From positions 32,986,001 to 33,050,000 of the forward strand of contig NC_087436.1 of the NCBI RefSeq assembly GCF_036321535.1: a stretch of 64,000 bases of DNA. The letters run 5' to 3'. Within the stretch, counting starts at the first letter, position 1, and every line of letters begins with the position of its first letter. Source of the stretch: Camelus dromedarius (Eukaryota). Under the pieces are notes generated by a model, which worked only from the letters and a program-made list of their open reading frames with translations, was not told where the DNA came from and made no database searches. Positions 12,493 through 26,000 of the stretch are shown here, piece after piece. Position numbers and translations under genes: made by a program.

Positions 12493-13929
12493 TTTTAGAA
12501 ACTGTATGACTAGTGCTTTCAGAGATATGTGAATGGTACAAATGCAGAGAGAGAGGCAGGGGCTGAGTCTGTTGGATTTCCAGAATGCAACCTGTCCAGG
12601 GAGTCATTAGAGAGAAGGGAGAGTCATTGAGGAACCAATGGAAGAGGAACTTTGAAGGCAAGGAAACGGCCATTATTGTTAAATGTAACAGTGATTGAAG
12701 ACTGAGAAGAAACTATTATGAGAACTGAGAGAGAGAAGAGTCTCAGGGGAATTATTAGGCTAAAGAATATTCTCAAGCAGAAAAATTTCAAAAGCATTCA
12801 TTTAACCATCTGGGGTTTTAAAAAAGGAACTTTTTTTCTGTATTTTGAAAGGGAAGATTTGACTTTTAATGAGAAGTCTGTATTTCATCTTTAAGGAAGA
12901 ACACATCTAAAGCTTAATTATTCAGCACAGGAAAAGCCTCTGTGTGTGTGTGTGTGATATGCTTGGCATACATTGAATACACATTTTAGCAAAGTTCAGT
13001 CTGGTGTGACAGGCTTATACTATATGAGTGGATGATATATATATGCTCCCAGAATTTTTTTTTAAATCTTAGCTCATGGTTGTAATAAACAATATTGAGT
13101 TGGATGGAATCAGAAATTCTGGTGGTCCTCAAAATGCTTCTCTGAAAGCACCAATTCATGACATATATTGTGGAGACAATATTGCCAAATCTGCTAGTGA
13201 TGCTAGAGAAAGTAAATCTTTTGTTAGAAAAATAATAGAATTGGTGCCTATCGTGACGTTTTTATCTGTTAACTTTGTCCAGTGATACTTGTTTTGTAGG
13301 CTTGTTATAAGGATTAATTAAAATAATGCATATGAAAGTGCTTTCAAAAGTATTAGATTTCTATGCAAATGAATAGCACACATAAAAGTTGTATGTAAAG
13401 ATACTATGATATGTCAAAGTCTCTTGGAAAGCATGTATATGATATTTATACTGTAAGTTGCAGACTGGAAAAATATGTTCCAGGTTCTGGGAGATGTTCT
13501 CAGATCAAATGATGTTTTTGCGAAAATTTATGTAAAATGTTCAGCTGATGGAGGATTAAACATGAAAAGACAGTATAATGGATTTGCATTTGGTTAAAAA
13601 GGACCATTTATTCAAGTTTGTATGTTACACTAGTAATGTGTTTTAGATCTGATAATGGAGGTAATGGGAGTTTCAGACGAGGCTACTAAACTGTTTACAT
13701 TTTGCAGTTTTATATCGGATTCCATTAGCATTTAAGACATTTTACAATAGAAGCACAAACAGTAAATGGTAAACTACAAATAAGAAATTAAAAAAATTAT
13801 ACCTAAGGAAAAATGAAATAAAAAGTAGAAACCAAGGGAGGTAAATAGAATGAATATAGTTAAGGCTTAAAAGTTGTTATGGTTATGCCACAAATTATGA
13901 GTTTTTTCAACTTAGTTTTTACTAGATGT

Positions 13930-14850
13930 AATAAATGATTTTTTTAATAGAAACTGTTGAAACACAGAAAGCTATAAAACAAGAAATGAAAAATCTAGAA
14001 TTTCTCTAGCCAGAAGTAACTGTTGTTACAAACATTTTGATATGTATCATTCTAGCAATTTTGCTCTCTATTAATACCAACCTGATTTCCACATACAAAT
14101 TTGGACTTATATTTCACATATTGTTTTTTTCACACTGCAGTATATCTGACCATTTTCCATGCCCTGGAAAATTCTTTGAGAAATGATTTTAAATTGCTGC
14201 ATAACTATGTATGAGTAACCATAAATTACTCAACCAATATCCTAGTATTAGGAATGAATACTGTCTCCGAGATTTTGTTGTTATAAATGACGCTGCCCTA
14301 AGCATGTTTGTGCATTAATCTTTGTGTGAATCCTTAATAATTTATTGGAAAACATTTCTAGAAGACAGTGGAAATTTTGACTGGATCAAAGGTCAAACCA
14401 ATTTTTAGGCTCTGAGGTCCAACTGCATGAATTTGAATATTGGTTTTATCTACTTCATGTCTCCTTGACTTTAAATAGGTTGTTTAACATTTTTGTGGTT
14501 CAGTTTCTTGATTTGAAAATTAGGGATTATAGTAATATCTTCCTTATAGGTTTGCTATGAGGATTGCATTTGATATTAAATAAAAGTACTAAGCATGTTC
14601 GTGGCATCCAATTAATGTTAGTAATTATTCTGATTATTATAGTTCCAAACTGACTTTAAGAAATGTTGTCGCTTTAAACTCATTATTTTTTTTGCAGAAC
14701 ACATCTAAAAAATTCTTAGTGCAGTATTTTAAAATTCTTAATACAGTCAAGCTGTTAATCCTTTGTCATACATAAGTATTATTTCAGTTTTTCATTTGCA
14801 TTTTAATTTTTCATACTTTATATTTTTGAGTCAAGTCTGCCTAATTTTAC
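13930..14850 (-). mobile_element. Old L1 (L1ME-like) 3' region, split by a MIR at about 14410-14625
   Basis: 'ccagaagtaactgttgttacaaacattttg', 'ttttaaattgctgcataa', 'ttactcaaccaatatccta', 'ctggatcaaaggt', 'ttaatcctttgtcata'. Confidence 0.7.
14410..14625 (+). mobile_element. MIR SINE
   Basis: 'ggctctgaggtccaactgcatgaatttgaat...cagtttcttgatttgaaaattagggattatagtaatatcttccttataggtttgctatgaggatt'. Confidence 0.8.
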
Positions 14851-16006
14851 ACTGTCAAAGAAAGATGGATGCTTGGCTACAAATAATTCAGAATCCAACA
14901 AATGCATGATGAAGTTGACATTCCTTTGTGAAAACTAAGTCTCCTAGACAAGACTCTGCATTTATTTGTCATTGAGATGGAGAAACAGACTGCATCAAGA
15001 ACTGTGAGCATAGTGAAGATTTTTCTCAAGAAATATTTCTGCATATATTTTAGAATTTTATTTAAGCTTGTCTCAAATCTCCTAAACTAAGGCTAAGGTG
15101 ATAGTGATCTGGAAATGTTTCAAAGATTGTGGGCAGTTTCCCAATTTCACTAAAAATAAGAATCTCCATTTCATCATATTAAATTTATTTATGTCACATG
15201 CTTTCTCAGTACACGTGCTTGTTAGAAGAATACATTGCAAGATATATCCTCAGTGATAAGTATATTGAGCTATCTATCGCATATGAACAAATTAAAACTT
15301 GTTAATTATGCCAAAATATTGATACTAATTATAGAATGCTTGGCAGTAGGTTTTTTTTTCTGACAGTATTTCCAGGGCAAGATCAATTTTATTTTGATGT
15401 CATTCCTAATTTCTGACAGTTACATCATACTGTCAGAATCTTGGAGAATATTTATCCTATTTTCTATAGTGTAAGCCAAGTATCTAAATCATACAAAAGT
15501 TATTAAGAAATTTGTGCCTTCTGAAGTTGTTTCTGATCCCTCAGGAGAATATGTGAACTGCTCTGATTCTGGGAGTGGTGTTAAAGTAGCAGGTTTTATT
15601 TGAACTTCAGTATCAAAAAATCTTTATTGATTTCGAACAGGTATACCACAAACAATCCAGTCCACCAACTCGAAGGCTAAAGGAAATCTGTAAAACTTTC
15701 AAATTCTCTTATATAATTTAAAACCATTAGTGACACCAGATGACAGTAAGTATAATACAGTGAAGAGAGGAGCAGCTGTGCTTGATGTCTTCTTCCTCTG
15801 CTTGTAAATACTGGTCTCTAAACCTAGATATACTGTGGAAATGTTGAGGAAGAAACTGATGTAAAGTTTACATGCAATAGGCGACTGGATTCATAGTTTT
15901 CGAACAGTGAGGGTTGTACAGATATGTTCTTCTCTGAACTCAGACTGAATTTGTGGTTAGTCCCAATCTGTTTAGTACTTAGTTATTCTGAACTTCTTGA
16001 TTTGCT

Positions 16007-16517
16007 ATTCCAGGAGCATGGGATATCTTTCCATTTTTTAAAGTCTTCTTTAATTTCCTTTATCAGTGTTTTGTAGTTCTCCATGTATAAGTCTTTCACC
16101 TCCTTGGTTAGGTTTATTCCCAGATATTTTATTACTTTGGCTGCTATTTTAAAGGGGATTGTTTCTGTACTTTCTTTTCCTGTTGATTCATCATTAGTAT
16201 AAAGAAATGCAACTGATCTTTGTATGTTAATCTTGTAACCTGCTACCTTGCTGAATTCTTCGATTACTTCTAGTAGTTTTTGTGTGGACCTTTTAGGGTT
16301 TTCTATATATAGTATCATGTCATCTGCATATAGTGACACTTTTACCTCTTCTTTTCCAATTTGGATCCCTTTTATTTCTCTCTCTTGCCTGATTGCTGTG
16401 GCTAGTACTTCCAAGACTATGTTGAATATGAGTGGTGATAGTGGGCATCCTTGTCTTGTCCCAGATTTTAGTGAGAAGCTTTTGAGTTTTTCACCGTTGA
16501 GTACTATGCTGGCTGTA
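16007..16517 (-). mobile_element. Young L1 ORF2 fragment (reverse transcriptase, YADD region)
   Basis: ORF 15983-16414 translates to [40 protein letters not shown]...[11 protein letters not shown], typical L1 ORF2p. Confidence 0.97.
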
Positions 16518-16598
16518 TGAAAACATCTCTTAATGCCCTTAAGTTTACTGATTTATAATACTGAGAACCTAACAAGTACAAGTTTAATCAACTTTATT

Positions 16599-17216
16599 TA
16601 GGTTTGTCATATATATAGCTTTTATTATGTTGAGATACGTTCCCTTTATACCCACTTTGGTGAGAGTTTTTATCATAAATGGGTGTTGAATTTTATTGAA
16701 AGCTTTTTCTGTGTCTATTGAGATGATTATGTGGTTTTTGTCCTTTCTCTTGTTGATGTGATGTATTACATTGATTGATTTGCGTGTGTTCAACCACCCT
16801 TGTGTCCTTGGGATGAACCCCACTTGATCATGATGTATAATCTTTTTTATGTGCTGTTGGATTGTATTTGCTAATATTTTGGTAAGGATTTTGGCTTCTA
16901 TGTTCAACAGTGATATTGGTCTGTAATTCTCTTTTTTGTTGGTGTCTTTGCCTGGTTTTGGTGTCAGGGTAATGGTGGCTTCATAGAACGAGTTTGGGAG
17001 TATTCCCTCCTTTTCAGTCTTCTGGAAGAGTCTGAGAAGGACTGGATTGAGTTCTTCTTTGTATGTTTGGTAGAATTCCCTGGTAAAGCCATCCAGTCCT
17101 GGACATTTATTTGTAGGGAGGTTTTTTATTGCTAATTCGATATCATTTCTAGTGATCGGTTAGTTCAAGTGGTCAGTTTCTTCTTGATTCAGTCTTGGTG
17201 GACTGTATGTTTCCAG
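16599..17216 (-). mobile_element. Young L1 ORF2 fragment (start of RT domain), contiguous in L1 with 16007-16517
   Basis: ORF 16584-16907 translates to [54 protein letters not shown]1 ORF2p RT. Confidence 0.97.
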
Positions 17217-19609
17217 TTTTCTTCCAATTAGAGTGCAAGCTTCCTGAGAACAGTTACCACAGCTTGTACTTCTTTTGTGTCCCGATATCTACTGACAGTC
17301 TAGGACACCTGTTACATGGTTACAAAACTATTGACTAGTCAGAATTCTTTTGCAGATGTTTGCTATCACTTTAGGTGGAAGAGTAATCAGGTAACACTGG
17401 ATTCAGATTACACAGGGACCTCTTTATCAGTGCAAGAAGCATGCCCTAAACTGGATTAGTTTACTCATTAGCCTGTGTTGTCTTTGTGCCCACCTTGAAG
17501 GAGAAGTTGGATACTTTTCTGTTAATGTTTGATTTTGTCGGCCCTTAGGCTCTTTTCTGTAAAGAATGGGAGGAGCAATTCCTTGGAAATATTAAAAACC
17601 TAGAATTTTAGCCTTAACTAGCATTATAGTCTTTTCTTGGAATTTATTCATTCCCTTTTATAAACAAATATTGTTTATCAAAACAAAAATATGAAATTAA
17701 TATTTTAAGAAAATGTATCTCTTTCCACTTCGAAGCTTGAAAAGCACACAATGTATTTTAAAAGAAAAGTTTATGACGTTAAATTTATCTCTCTTCAGGT
17801 TTTTTGAAGGAAGGAAATTATAGTGCTGGTATAGAGGAAAGATTAGAAATCTGAATTCTAACTTGAGGTTTTCCAGAAATTACGGTAAAGAGCTGCAGAG
17901 CTTGAATAAGTGTGTGCACACCTGTGTGTGCATCTGTGTGTATTGGAGGGGACTATGGGTGTGGAATATGTTGGATAATGCTTCTAAGTTCCATTCCAGT
18001 GTTAAAATTTGAATCCTAAGACATCCATTTTGTGTTTTAGTGGATGTATTCAAGGCATTATATGGAATTAAATTTCTAAATTTATTATGTTTAAGCCCTG
18101 TAGCTGGCTCAGATCACTTAACCACTTGGAGATGTTTTCTTATTTTAAAATAAAGGGATTGTGTGGCCAGTCTGTCTCACAGGATTTTTGGAACAGGGAA
18201 GATCGTATATGTTAAACATTAAACAATTATAAAGATCTAAATAACAGTGTTTTTGTTACCATCACTATCTTTGCATTTACAACACACACATACATACATG
18301 TTTACATATATTTAAAGCAGGCATCCCAATCCTAGGGGTCAGGTAATAGAAAACCCTCATATTCTGCTTATGGCGACCTGACTTGTGGTAGACTGTGCCT
18401 GGAAACTATACAAGCTGACAGAATTTCAGTATGTGCTCTCTTGTAAGGACTAAACCTGGTAAACCTGTTCCCCACTATGAAATAAATGCTTTTGAACAGA
18501 TTGTTGTGCTACTATCAGCCAGAGTTGCTGACAATCACTGGAAGCTTCCAACCCCATTAATTATATGTTAAAAATGACAGCATTTGGCACCTTAAGAACT
18601 GTTAATTATGCTTAGAACCTAATCTTAATTTCTCAGTTTATTATAATTTCTTCATGATGTGCTAACTGTCTGAGTAAGCAGCTTATCTCTCAATATTTCC
18701 TCTTGCCTAACAGATGTTCTCTCTAAACAGGTGTTGGCCCTTCCTAGGAAGGAGTCATTCCTGTTTGAAGAGAAGAAAATGATAATTGACTTAATCACAT
18801 GGAAAACTTTAGAGGGAAGTATCATGTCCTTCTGTTCAAATCTTCCTCTTCACCCTCTGAAGAAAATCAGTGAAATCAAATGAAAATCAAAACAAGCAAA
18901 CAAATTAAAAAAAAAAAATAGAGGTAGCTCTGAGTTTCTCCTTTCACCTATTTATCCCATTTTCTCTTCATCCTTCCCTCCATCTACTCTTTTCTTCTTT
19001 CTTTTTAAGATACCTTTTCTAGTTTAAGCCAGTAGGAGAAGTCAACCCATAACTAAAAGTCGGATTTAAAAATTGGAAAATTGTACTGAAATAGCCTTCT
19101 CTTCAAGTGTGTATAGTCAGTGATAAGAATAAAATAACAATAAATAATTTAAAATTAGTTATGTTTATAGCTTCCTTTATACCTCTATAATTTAGGGGGG
19201 GGTGATGAGAAATCCATGCCAGGTCCTGAAAATTAAGAAGTTTTTAATGAATTATGAGAATTTCTCAATCTGTATAGGCTGTCTTTAATGTCATCGGATG
19301 AAATAAATACTATTCCAAAGGTCTGTCTTAAAGAAACCTCCTCATTTCACGGATAGAAAAAACTAAAGTTCTGATAAATGACTTAAGGAAACAAACTAGT
19401 TGTTGGCAGATCTATAGAGAAAACACACTTACATTTCCCAGCTGTTTAAAATTTTTATTTAGAAATTGATGAATTAAAAGAATTGTTAATTTAATGTGAT
19501 ACTATCATTCCCCAGTCCCCAGAAAGGCATTTAACACCTGATACATGTCCATTAAGTATTTGTTTTTAAGCAGACATGTTTTGTTCTATTAACAGCTTTC
19601 TCATTGAGA

Positions 19610-19860
19610 GGCACTGTTGAAACGAAGTTATGAGTGAGAGTTCAGGTGCCATGATTGTCTTTGTTCAGATTCTGGCTCCTCCACTCAAAAGCTATGTGAT
19701 CTTGGGCAAATGGCCTAAATACTCTGTGCTTCCATGTCCTATATTTCCCTAAAATGAGGATAACAGTAATATCTGCCTCAGATTTTTATGAAGAATAAAT
19801 TAAAGTACTTGGAACAATGCTTAGCTAACACATAGTAAACATTCAAAAACATGAGCTATT
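19610..19860 (+). mobile_element. MIR SINE, near full length
   Basis: 'gttcagattctggctcctccactcaaaagctatgtgatcttgggcaaatggcctaaatactctgtgcttcc...aaaatgaggataacagtaatatctgcctca'. Confidence 0.88.
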
Positions 19861-20227
19861 ATTTTTGCTTTATGAACTAGTAAAACACATTTTGTAGAAA
19901 TGAAGGTGTAATTTTCCTTTAATGAATGTGTGATATAAAAGTCCAAACATAAACGTATAATGGATGTTATGAAGCTGGTGGGGATAAATTGCTTATTTAT
20001 TTTACAGATAAATCTTTATTGGCAAAACCATTGAGTTTAAGTTTCACTGAGTTGGAAAGCATTTTTGGTGAGTCTCTTTGAGTACATTCTTTATTTTCTC
20101 AGTAACATAACACAAAATCAGAAAGTGACTTTAGAGTTCCCATTGTTGCTTTCATCTCCCAGAAATATTAGATATGTCTCACTCTACAGAAAAGTTAATA
20201 TAACAAACTATTGAATCAATGAGTAAT

Positions 20228-21020
20228 CATGTATTTTGGCTATCAATCCCTTATCAGTCTTATCATTTGGAAATATTTTCTAACACTTCAAGAGGTTTTC
20301 TTTTCATTCTGTTGATGGTTTCCTTTGCTGTGTAAAAGCTTTAAAGTTTAATTAGGTTCCATTTTTAAAATTTTGTTCTTACTTCCTTTGCTTTAGGAGA
20401 CAGATCCATAAATAGTATTGCTACAATTTATGTCAAAGAGTATTCCTTCTGTTTTCTTCTAGGTATTTCCTGGTTTCCAGTTTTACATTTAGGTCTTTAA
20501 TCCATTTGGTGTTTGTTTTTGTACATAGTGTTAGAGAATGCTCTAATTTCATTCTTTTACATGTAACTGTCCAGTTTCACCAGCACCACTCATTAAAGAG
20601 ACTGTCCTTTCTCCATTGTATATTCTTGCCTCCTTTATTGTAGATTAATTGACCATAAGTGGATGGATTCATTTCTGTGCTCTGTATTCTGTTCCATCAA
20701 TCTCTGTGTCTGTTTTTGTACCAGTACCATACTGTTTTGGTTATTATTGTAGCTTTCTTGTATCATCTCAAGTCAGGCAGCATAATACCTACAGCCCAGT
20801 TCTTTTTTCTAAAGATTGTTATGACTATTTGAGGTCTTTTGTGTTTCAGTACAAATTTTAAAATTATTTGTTCTAGTTCTGTGGTATTTTGATAGAGATT
20901 GTGTTGAATCTGAAGGGTCCCTTGGGTAGTACAGTCATTTTAACATTATTAGTTCTTCTGATTCATGGACAGGGTGTATCTTTCCATCTGTTTGTGTCAT
21001 CTTCAATTTCTTTTGTCAGT
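20228..21020 (-). mobile_element. L1 ORF2 3' region fragment (L1MA-like or lineage-specific)
   Basis: Antisense L1 text 'ttcattcttttacatgtaactgtccagtttcaccagcaccactcattaaagagactgtcctttctccattgtatattcttgcctcc'. Confidence 0.92.
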
Positions 21021-21479
21021 GAAAGAGAAATTATAAATAAGCAAAAAGCAGGTGAGATAAATTTATTGTAATTTTGGATTGGATACACCCTATTGCTGAA
21101 AAATTAAGAGGAAGAGAAGTTTCCTTACCTTTTTTGGAGATTCTATAGGAATTTAGTAGGACATGTAGAATTTTAAAGAAAAATAATGATTTTTGAATAT
21201 TTTGTATATTGAATGTTTGAATATTGAAAACTGTTGTTTCTGTAAAATTGATCAGTGTTTTATCAAGGTAGGAGCTAAAATATCAATTCTTATCCTTGTG
21301 AAGAAACTTATTATAAGGATTTTCTCCAATAGATAGGCAACAAGTTCAGATATTTTACTTTAAAGCCAACACTCCAAAATGTGGAAGTAAAGGGTAAGAT
21401 TAAGATTCCTAATAGCAATGGATTAATAAGTGAAACAATTATGCCTTGCTGTCTGTATTTTTGAAATCTTTATATACTT

Positions 21480-23012
21480 TTAAGGCCGGATTTATGGGGG
21501 CATAAGTTTCATATTATAAAACTTAACTTCTTTTAAGTGTACAGTTTGATTAGTTTTGGCAAATATAAGCCATCATGTCATCACCATTTCAGGCAAGATA
21601 CAGATCTCAAATCTCCCTTGTGACCATTTGCAGAAAATCTGTCTCTCAATCTCAATCCCCAGCAACAAATGATCTGCTGTCTACCCCTAAGGTTTTATCT
21701 TTTCCAGAATGTTATATAAATGAAATCATACAGTATGTAGCTCTTGATGTCTGGTTACTTTTACTTAGCATAATGTATTTGAGATTCAACCATCTTATTT
21801 CGTGGTGATTATGTACAATCACATAAGAGTATTTATGTGGACATATATGTATGTTTTTATTTTTTCTGGGTAAATATCTAAGAGTAGGATCATTAGGTCA
21901 TAAGGTAAGTAAATGCTTTAATTAATAAAAAAAAAAATGCCAAATTGTTTTCCAGAGTGGCTGTACCATTTTGCACTCCTACCAGCAGTATAGGCTTCTG
22001 AGTTCCAGTCACTCCATATCCACACCAGCGTTTAGTCTTGTCAGCTTTTCTTAAAAGCTGTTCTGGTAGGAAGATAGTAGTGTGTCATTGTGGCTTGAAT
22101 TTGCATTTCCCTAATCATTAATGATGTTGGGTACCATTTTATACACTTCTTTTCCCTCTGTTTCTTCTTTGGTAATTGTTAAACTCTTTTTCCTATTTAG
22201 ATATATTTTTCTTAGTAATAAGTTGTAAGAGGTTTTTATATATTCTAGTTTCAATTATTTTAGCAGTTATGGGACATGGCAAATATTTTATCCCTGTTGG
22301 TTATGTTTTAATTTTTAATTGTCTTTTGAAGAGCCTAAGTTCATAATTTCTGCAAGGTCTCATTTATCAGCTTTTTATGTTTCATGTTTTAAAAAAAATG
22401 TTTTAGTCTGTACTTTTAGATATATAATTCATTTAGAGTCAATTTTACATAAGGTGCAAGATAAATGTCAAGATTTGTTTTCTCCCTTTGCCGTATAAAT
22501 GTGCAATTGTTACAGCACTGTTTGTGGAAAGATTATCCTTTCTTCATCAAATATCTTGGCACCATTTGTCAAGAATAAAGTGACCGTATCGGTGTGGGTC
22601 CATATCTAGTCTCTCCGTTTCATTTTCTTGATCTGTGTGTCTAATATTTATGAGAGTATCAACACTGCTTTGATTGCTGTAGCTTTAGATAAATATTAAA
22701 TTCAGGTAATATGGGTCCTCCAACTTTGATTTTCTTCTTAAAAATTATTTTAACTATGCTGTGTCCTTTGCTATTCTATAAAAATTTGGAATCAGCTTGT
22801 AAATTTCTACAAAAAATCTGTTTGTTTGGAAAAATGATAAATATATTGGTCAGTTTGGAGAAAACTGATGTCTTAGCAACACTGAAACTTTCAGTGAGTG
22901 AACACAGTGTGTCTATTTAGGTCTTTAAAATTTTCTCTTGGGATTTTTTTTTGTAGTATTCAGTATGTAAATCTTGGACTTATTTTGTTAGATTCATCTC
23001 TAAAGATTTCAC
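21480..23012 (-). mobile_element. Old L1 (L1MD/L1ME-like) 3' UTR and ORF2 end
   Basis: 'ttttaagtgtacagtttgat', 'ttttccagaatgttatataaatgaaatcatacagtatg', 'ttttccagagtggctgtaccattttgcactcctaccagcag'. Confidence 0.88.
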
Positions 23013-26000
23013 ATAAACTGTTTCCATTATATTTAGTACCTGTTTATTTTGGAGTATGGTGGAACTTCTGAAGCTTTGTAAGCAAGGGAATGGAGCTTGA
23101 CCATACGTGAGGTGTACAAGGACAAATCTAGATATGAAGGATTAGATTGAAAGGGAGGAGGTACTAATGATACCTATTTAGGAGACTATTCCACTAGTCT
23201 GTTGATGAGGAAGGTTATCTGTGTTTGTAACACAGCAAATGGAAAGGAAAAAAGAAAAGTGAGACACTGGTAGTGAGAAGAAACAAATTGGTATCTTATT
23301 GAATGTAGTAAACAGCAAAGAGGGACAGTCTTTCAGGGAAGAATTTCTGTGGTCATATCCTTGGTGACTTCTTTTTAGGACAGTATTTGGAAAATATGCA
23401 TGTTTCTGTATCTATACAGAGGGAGCTACCGCAGGACAATTACCTTGTCAGTATTTTTATTTTTGCCGAGATAAGAGATGGGGTTCATACTTTCTCCGTG
23501 TCATGGTATGAAGGGAAAGAGGGAGAGTGCTAGAGAGATATTCTTTTAAATTCCAAGACTTAGGAAGAAATAGCTTCTGATTTGCTAGGTACAAGTAGTG
23601 ACGATGTTTTCTGTGGTCTGCTCTTTCTCCTGACACTTGAAGGACTCTGAGCAGTCGTGAACTGGCTGTCCTTGGCATATTTCTAACTTTGAATCTAGGA
23701 CTTCATATGAGACTGAATTTTTTTCTTCTTACTTTTCTTCTTTGAGCTACAGGGTATGTTTTTCAACGTCTTCATCAGCTTGCAAACACATGAGACAAAG
23801 TGTGGACATAACTGTGTTTATTCTCACTGGAGAATGAAAATTTGGCACTTTCCCAAACTTACTTTCTCATGTGGGAGACAAACATATTTTCAACAATTTT
23901 AAGTGTCTTCTCTCTCCTCTGTTCTGTCCAGACTCTGTAGAATTTAAAACTGGACTGCCTGTGAGAATGGCTGTGACCTGCTGTCAGTTTTCTGAGCATT
24001 GGTTTTGCTCTCTGCTGCCTGGAATTTTCTCTTTAGATTTTGGAATTACAGAGCTCTAGTAATGCTGCAGAGCGTAGCCTTCCTGAAGTTTATCCATTTT
24101 GCTTCTTAGGTCTCTGTGCTTTGAGATACACTCATGCACTCTGAAGGAGTTTACCCATATCATCTTCCAAGCCTGGAAAGCACACACATCAGAGAAAAGC
24201 ATCCTCACTGGAAGCTTTACAATTGCCAGCTCTGTCTGCATTGTATGCCCTGAGGTCTGATCTGACCACAACCAATATGCTGCTTAGTTTTGGCTTGGGG
24301 AAGCCGTATCTGTGTTTTACCTTTTTAAAGTAAAGTTTTATAGAATATAATGGGCAGTAAAAAAAATTGTTGTTAGTCAATAATCTAAATACACCTATTA
24401 GATAAGAATATATATACCAGAGTCTAAGGCAGTCATAGAGCTAAGTCTAGTTTAGTTGCTTCTTTTTACTGTTGAATAATGTATACAAATGACTTTGGAA
24501 TCACCCTCTCTAGGAACCAGTAACTTCAAATAATCAGTAGAACAATTCTCATCAAAACAAAAGTAGGCTTTCTCCTTTGTATTTTCTCATAGAATTGGTG
24601 AATAATAATAATGAAAAAATACACAGTGAAAACAGTGCCCCCAGCTGAATGTTAAAATCTGTTGTTAATCTAGTGTGTTTTGAAAATTGAGAAGAGGGCT
24701 GCAGCTGTCTGCTGTGTCTGCCACGTGGTGTCCAGACACCATAGTGGACTTATCCAATTTACAGAAAAACTCACCTGTAGGCCAGGTTTTTCATCAACTC
24801 TCTCTTCCTACTCCTTCTGTTTCTCTTAGTCCTCTTGGTCTCTAGTCTGTCAGTGTAGACCATTGTTTTATCATGTAGACCAATTCTTAAATCTCATTCT
24901 CTTTTTCCTAAGTGGTAAAATGGTGATGATTTTACCTCTCATCATATAAAACTCTTTTGAGAAATGATCCATAGGTATTATTATATGTATTTACTTGATA
25001 TGATTATTTGCCCATTTTGGTATTCATTTCAATTTGATTTTTATGACTTTGGATAAAGTTAGGACACTAAGGTACCATTTGGGGGCCTTTTCTTGAAACT
25101 CCTAAGCACCAGATTTTCTCTCATATAGGAGTGATTGTTGTAGTAGTGAGAATCTTTATTAATAAATAACTTAATTCCCCTAGATAGCTTGTTTACTAGA
25201 TTAAGCATTGAGGAAAATGGAGTGGAAACTAACATAAATTTGGATCAAAATATATATCTAACATATGTATATACTTGTCAGGGGAGACTGACAAAAAATG
25301 TTGTTTCCTAGAGATTGTTGTGGTTATTTGACTTTAGCTGAGAATATTATCAGACTCTGTAAAGTACAAGTGTTATCAACTGTAAGTACCTGTAGACCCT
25401 GATGCCATGGTATCAGATTTCAATTGTCTGTGCGTAGGAAGAAATACAAAGTTCAAATGAAACTTTCATGTGAAGAAACAACTTGAATAAACAGAGAAGT
25501 AATGGACTCGAGAAGGCTGGCTTTAAGAAGAAACAGTATTATACCACCATTTTATCTTCCATGAAGGGTCGTTAAGAGATGTTAAAAAGAAAATTTGAAG
25601 TTAGAATTTCTGGACACCTGAATGTTGAATACAATTTACTGATATAGATTCCTCAGTTGCTATCATAGTCTAAGAGTAAGTTTGATAGCTGTAGATATAG
25701 CTTTAACACTTAAGAAGATATAAATATTTTTAAAGCTTGGCATTTTTCTAGAATGTCTGGTAGAGAATGGAAAATATCTCTTTTAAGACTGAACTTACAA
25801 GGTTGCTTAACTTATATGAGGGAGTAACTTAGGTGCTGGGAGAATCTGGTTCACATTTTCCTCTCTTATTCCTGTATCGTGTATCAATATTATAAAGGGT
25901 GTAGTTCACTACTCAGTTAGATACGGTCCCTCCCCAGTGGGTTTAACACTAAAAATAAGTGGGTTTCCAATCAGAGTGGTGGTGTTCATTCACAAAAGGA

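Larger units (their letters stand above)
13100..16006 (+). mobile_element. Fragmented fossil hAT (Tip100-like, DUF4371-type) transposase, interrupted by MIR and L1ME insertions
   Basis: Collinear degenerate motifs: GPQNASLKAPIHDIYCGDNI..ESKSF (about 13120-13220), DGGLNMKRQYNGF (13547-13585), LRW (about 14972-14980), YIELSIAYEQIK (15261-15296), PNL (about 15962-15970); many stops and frameshifts. Confidence 0.65.

Noticed and set aside
16516..16600. Tc1/mariner MITE, suggested by the TA on both sides of the 81 bp spacer
   Set aside because: No terminal inverted repeats are visible, and the spacer fits better as a continuation of the flanking hAT fossil.
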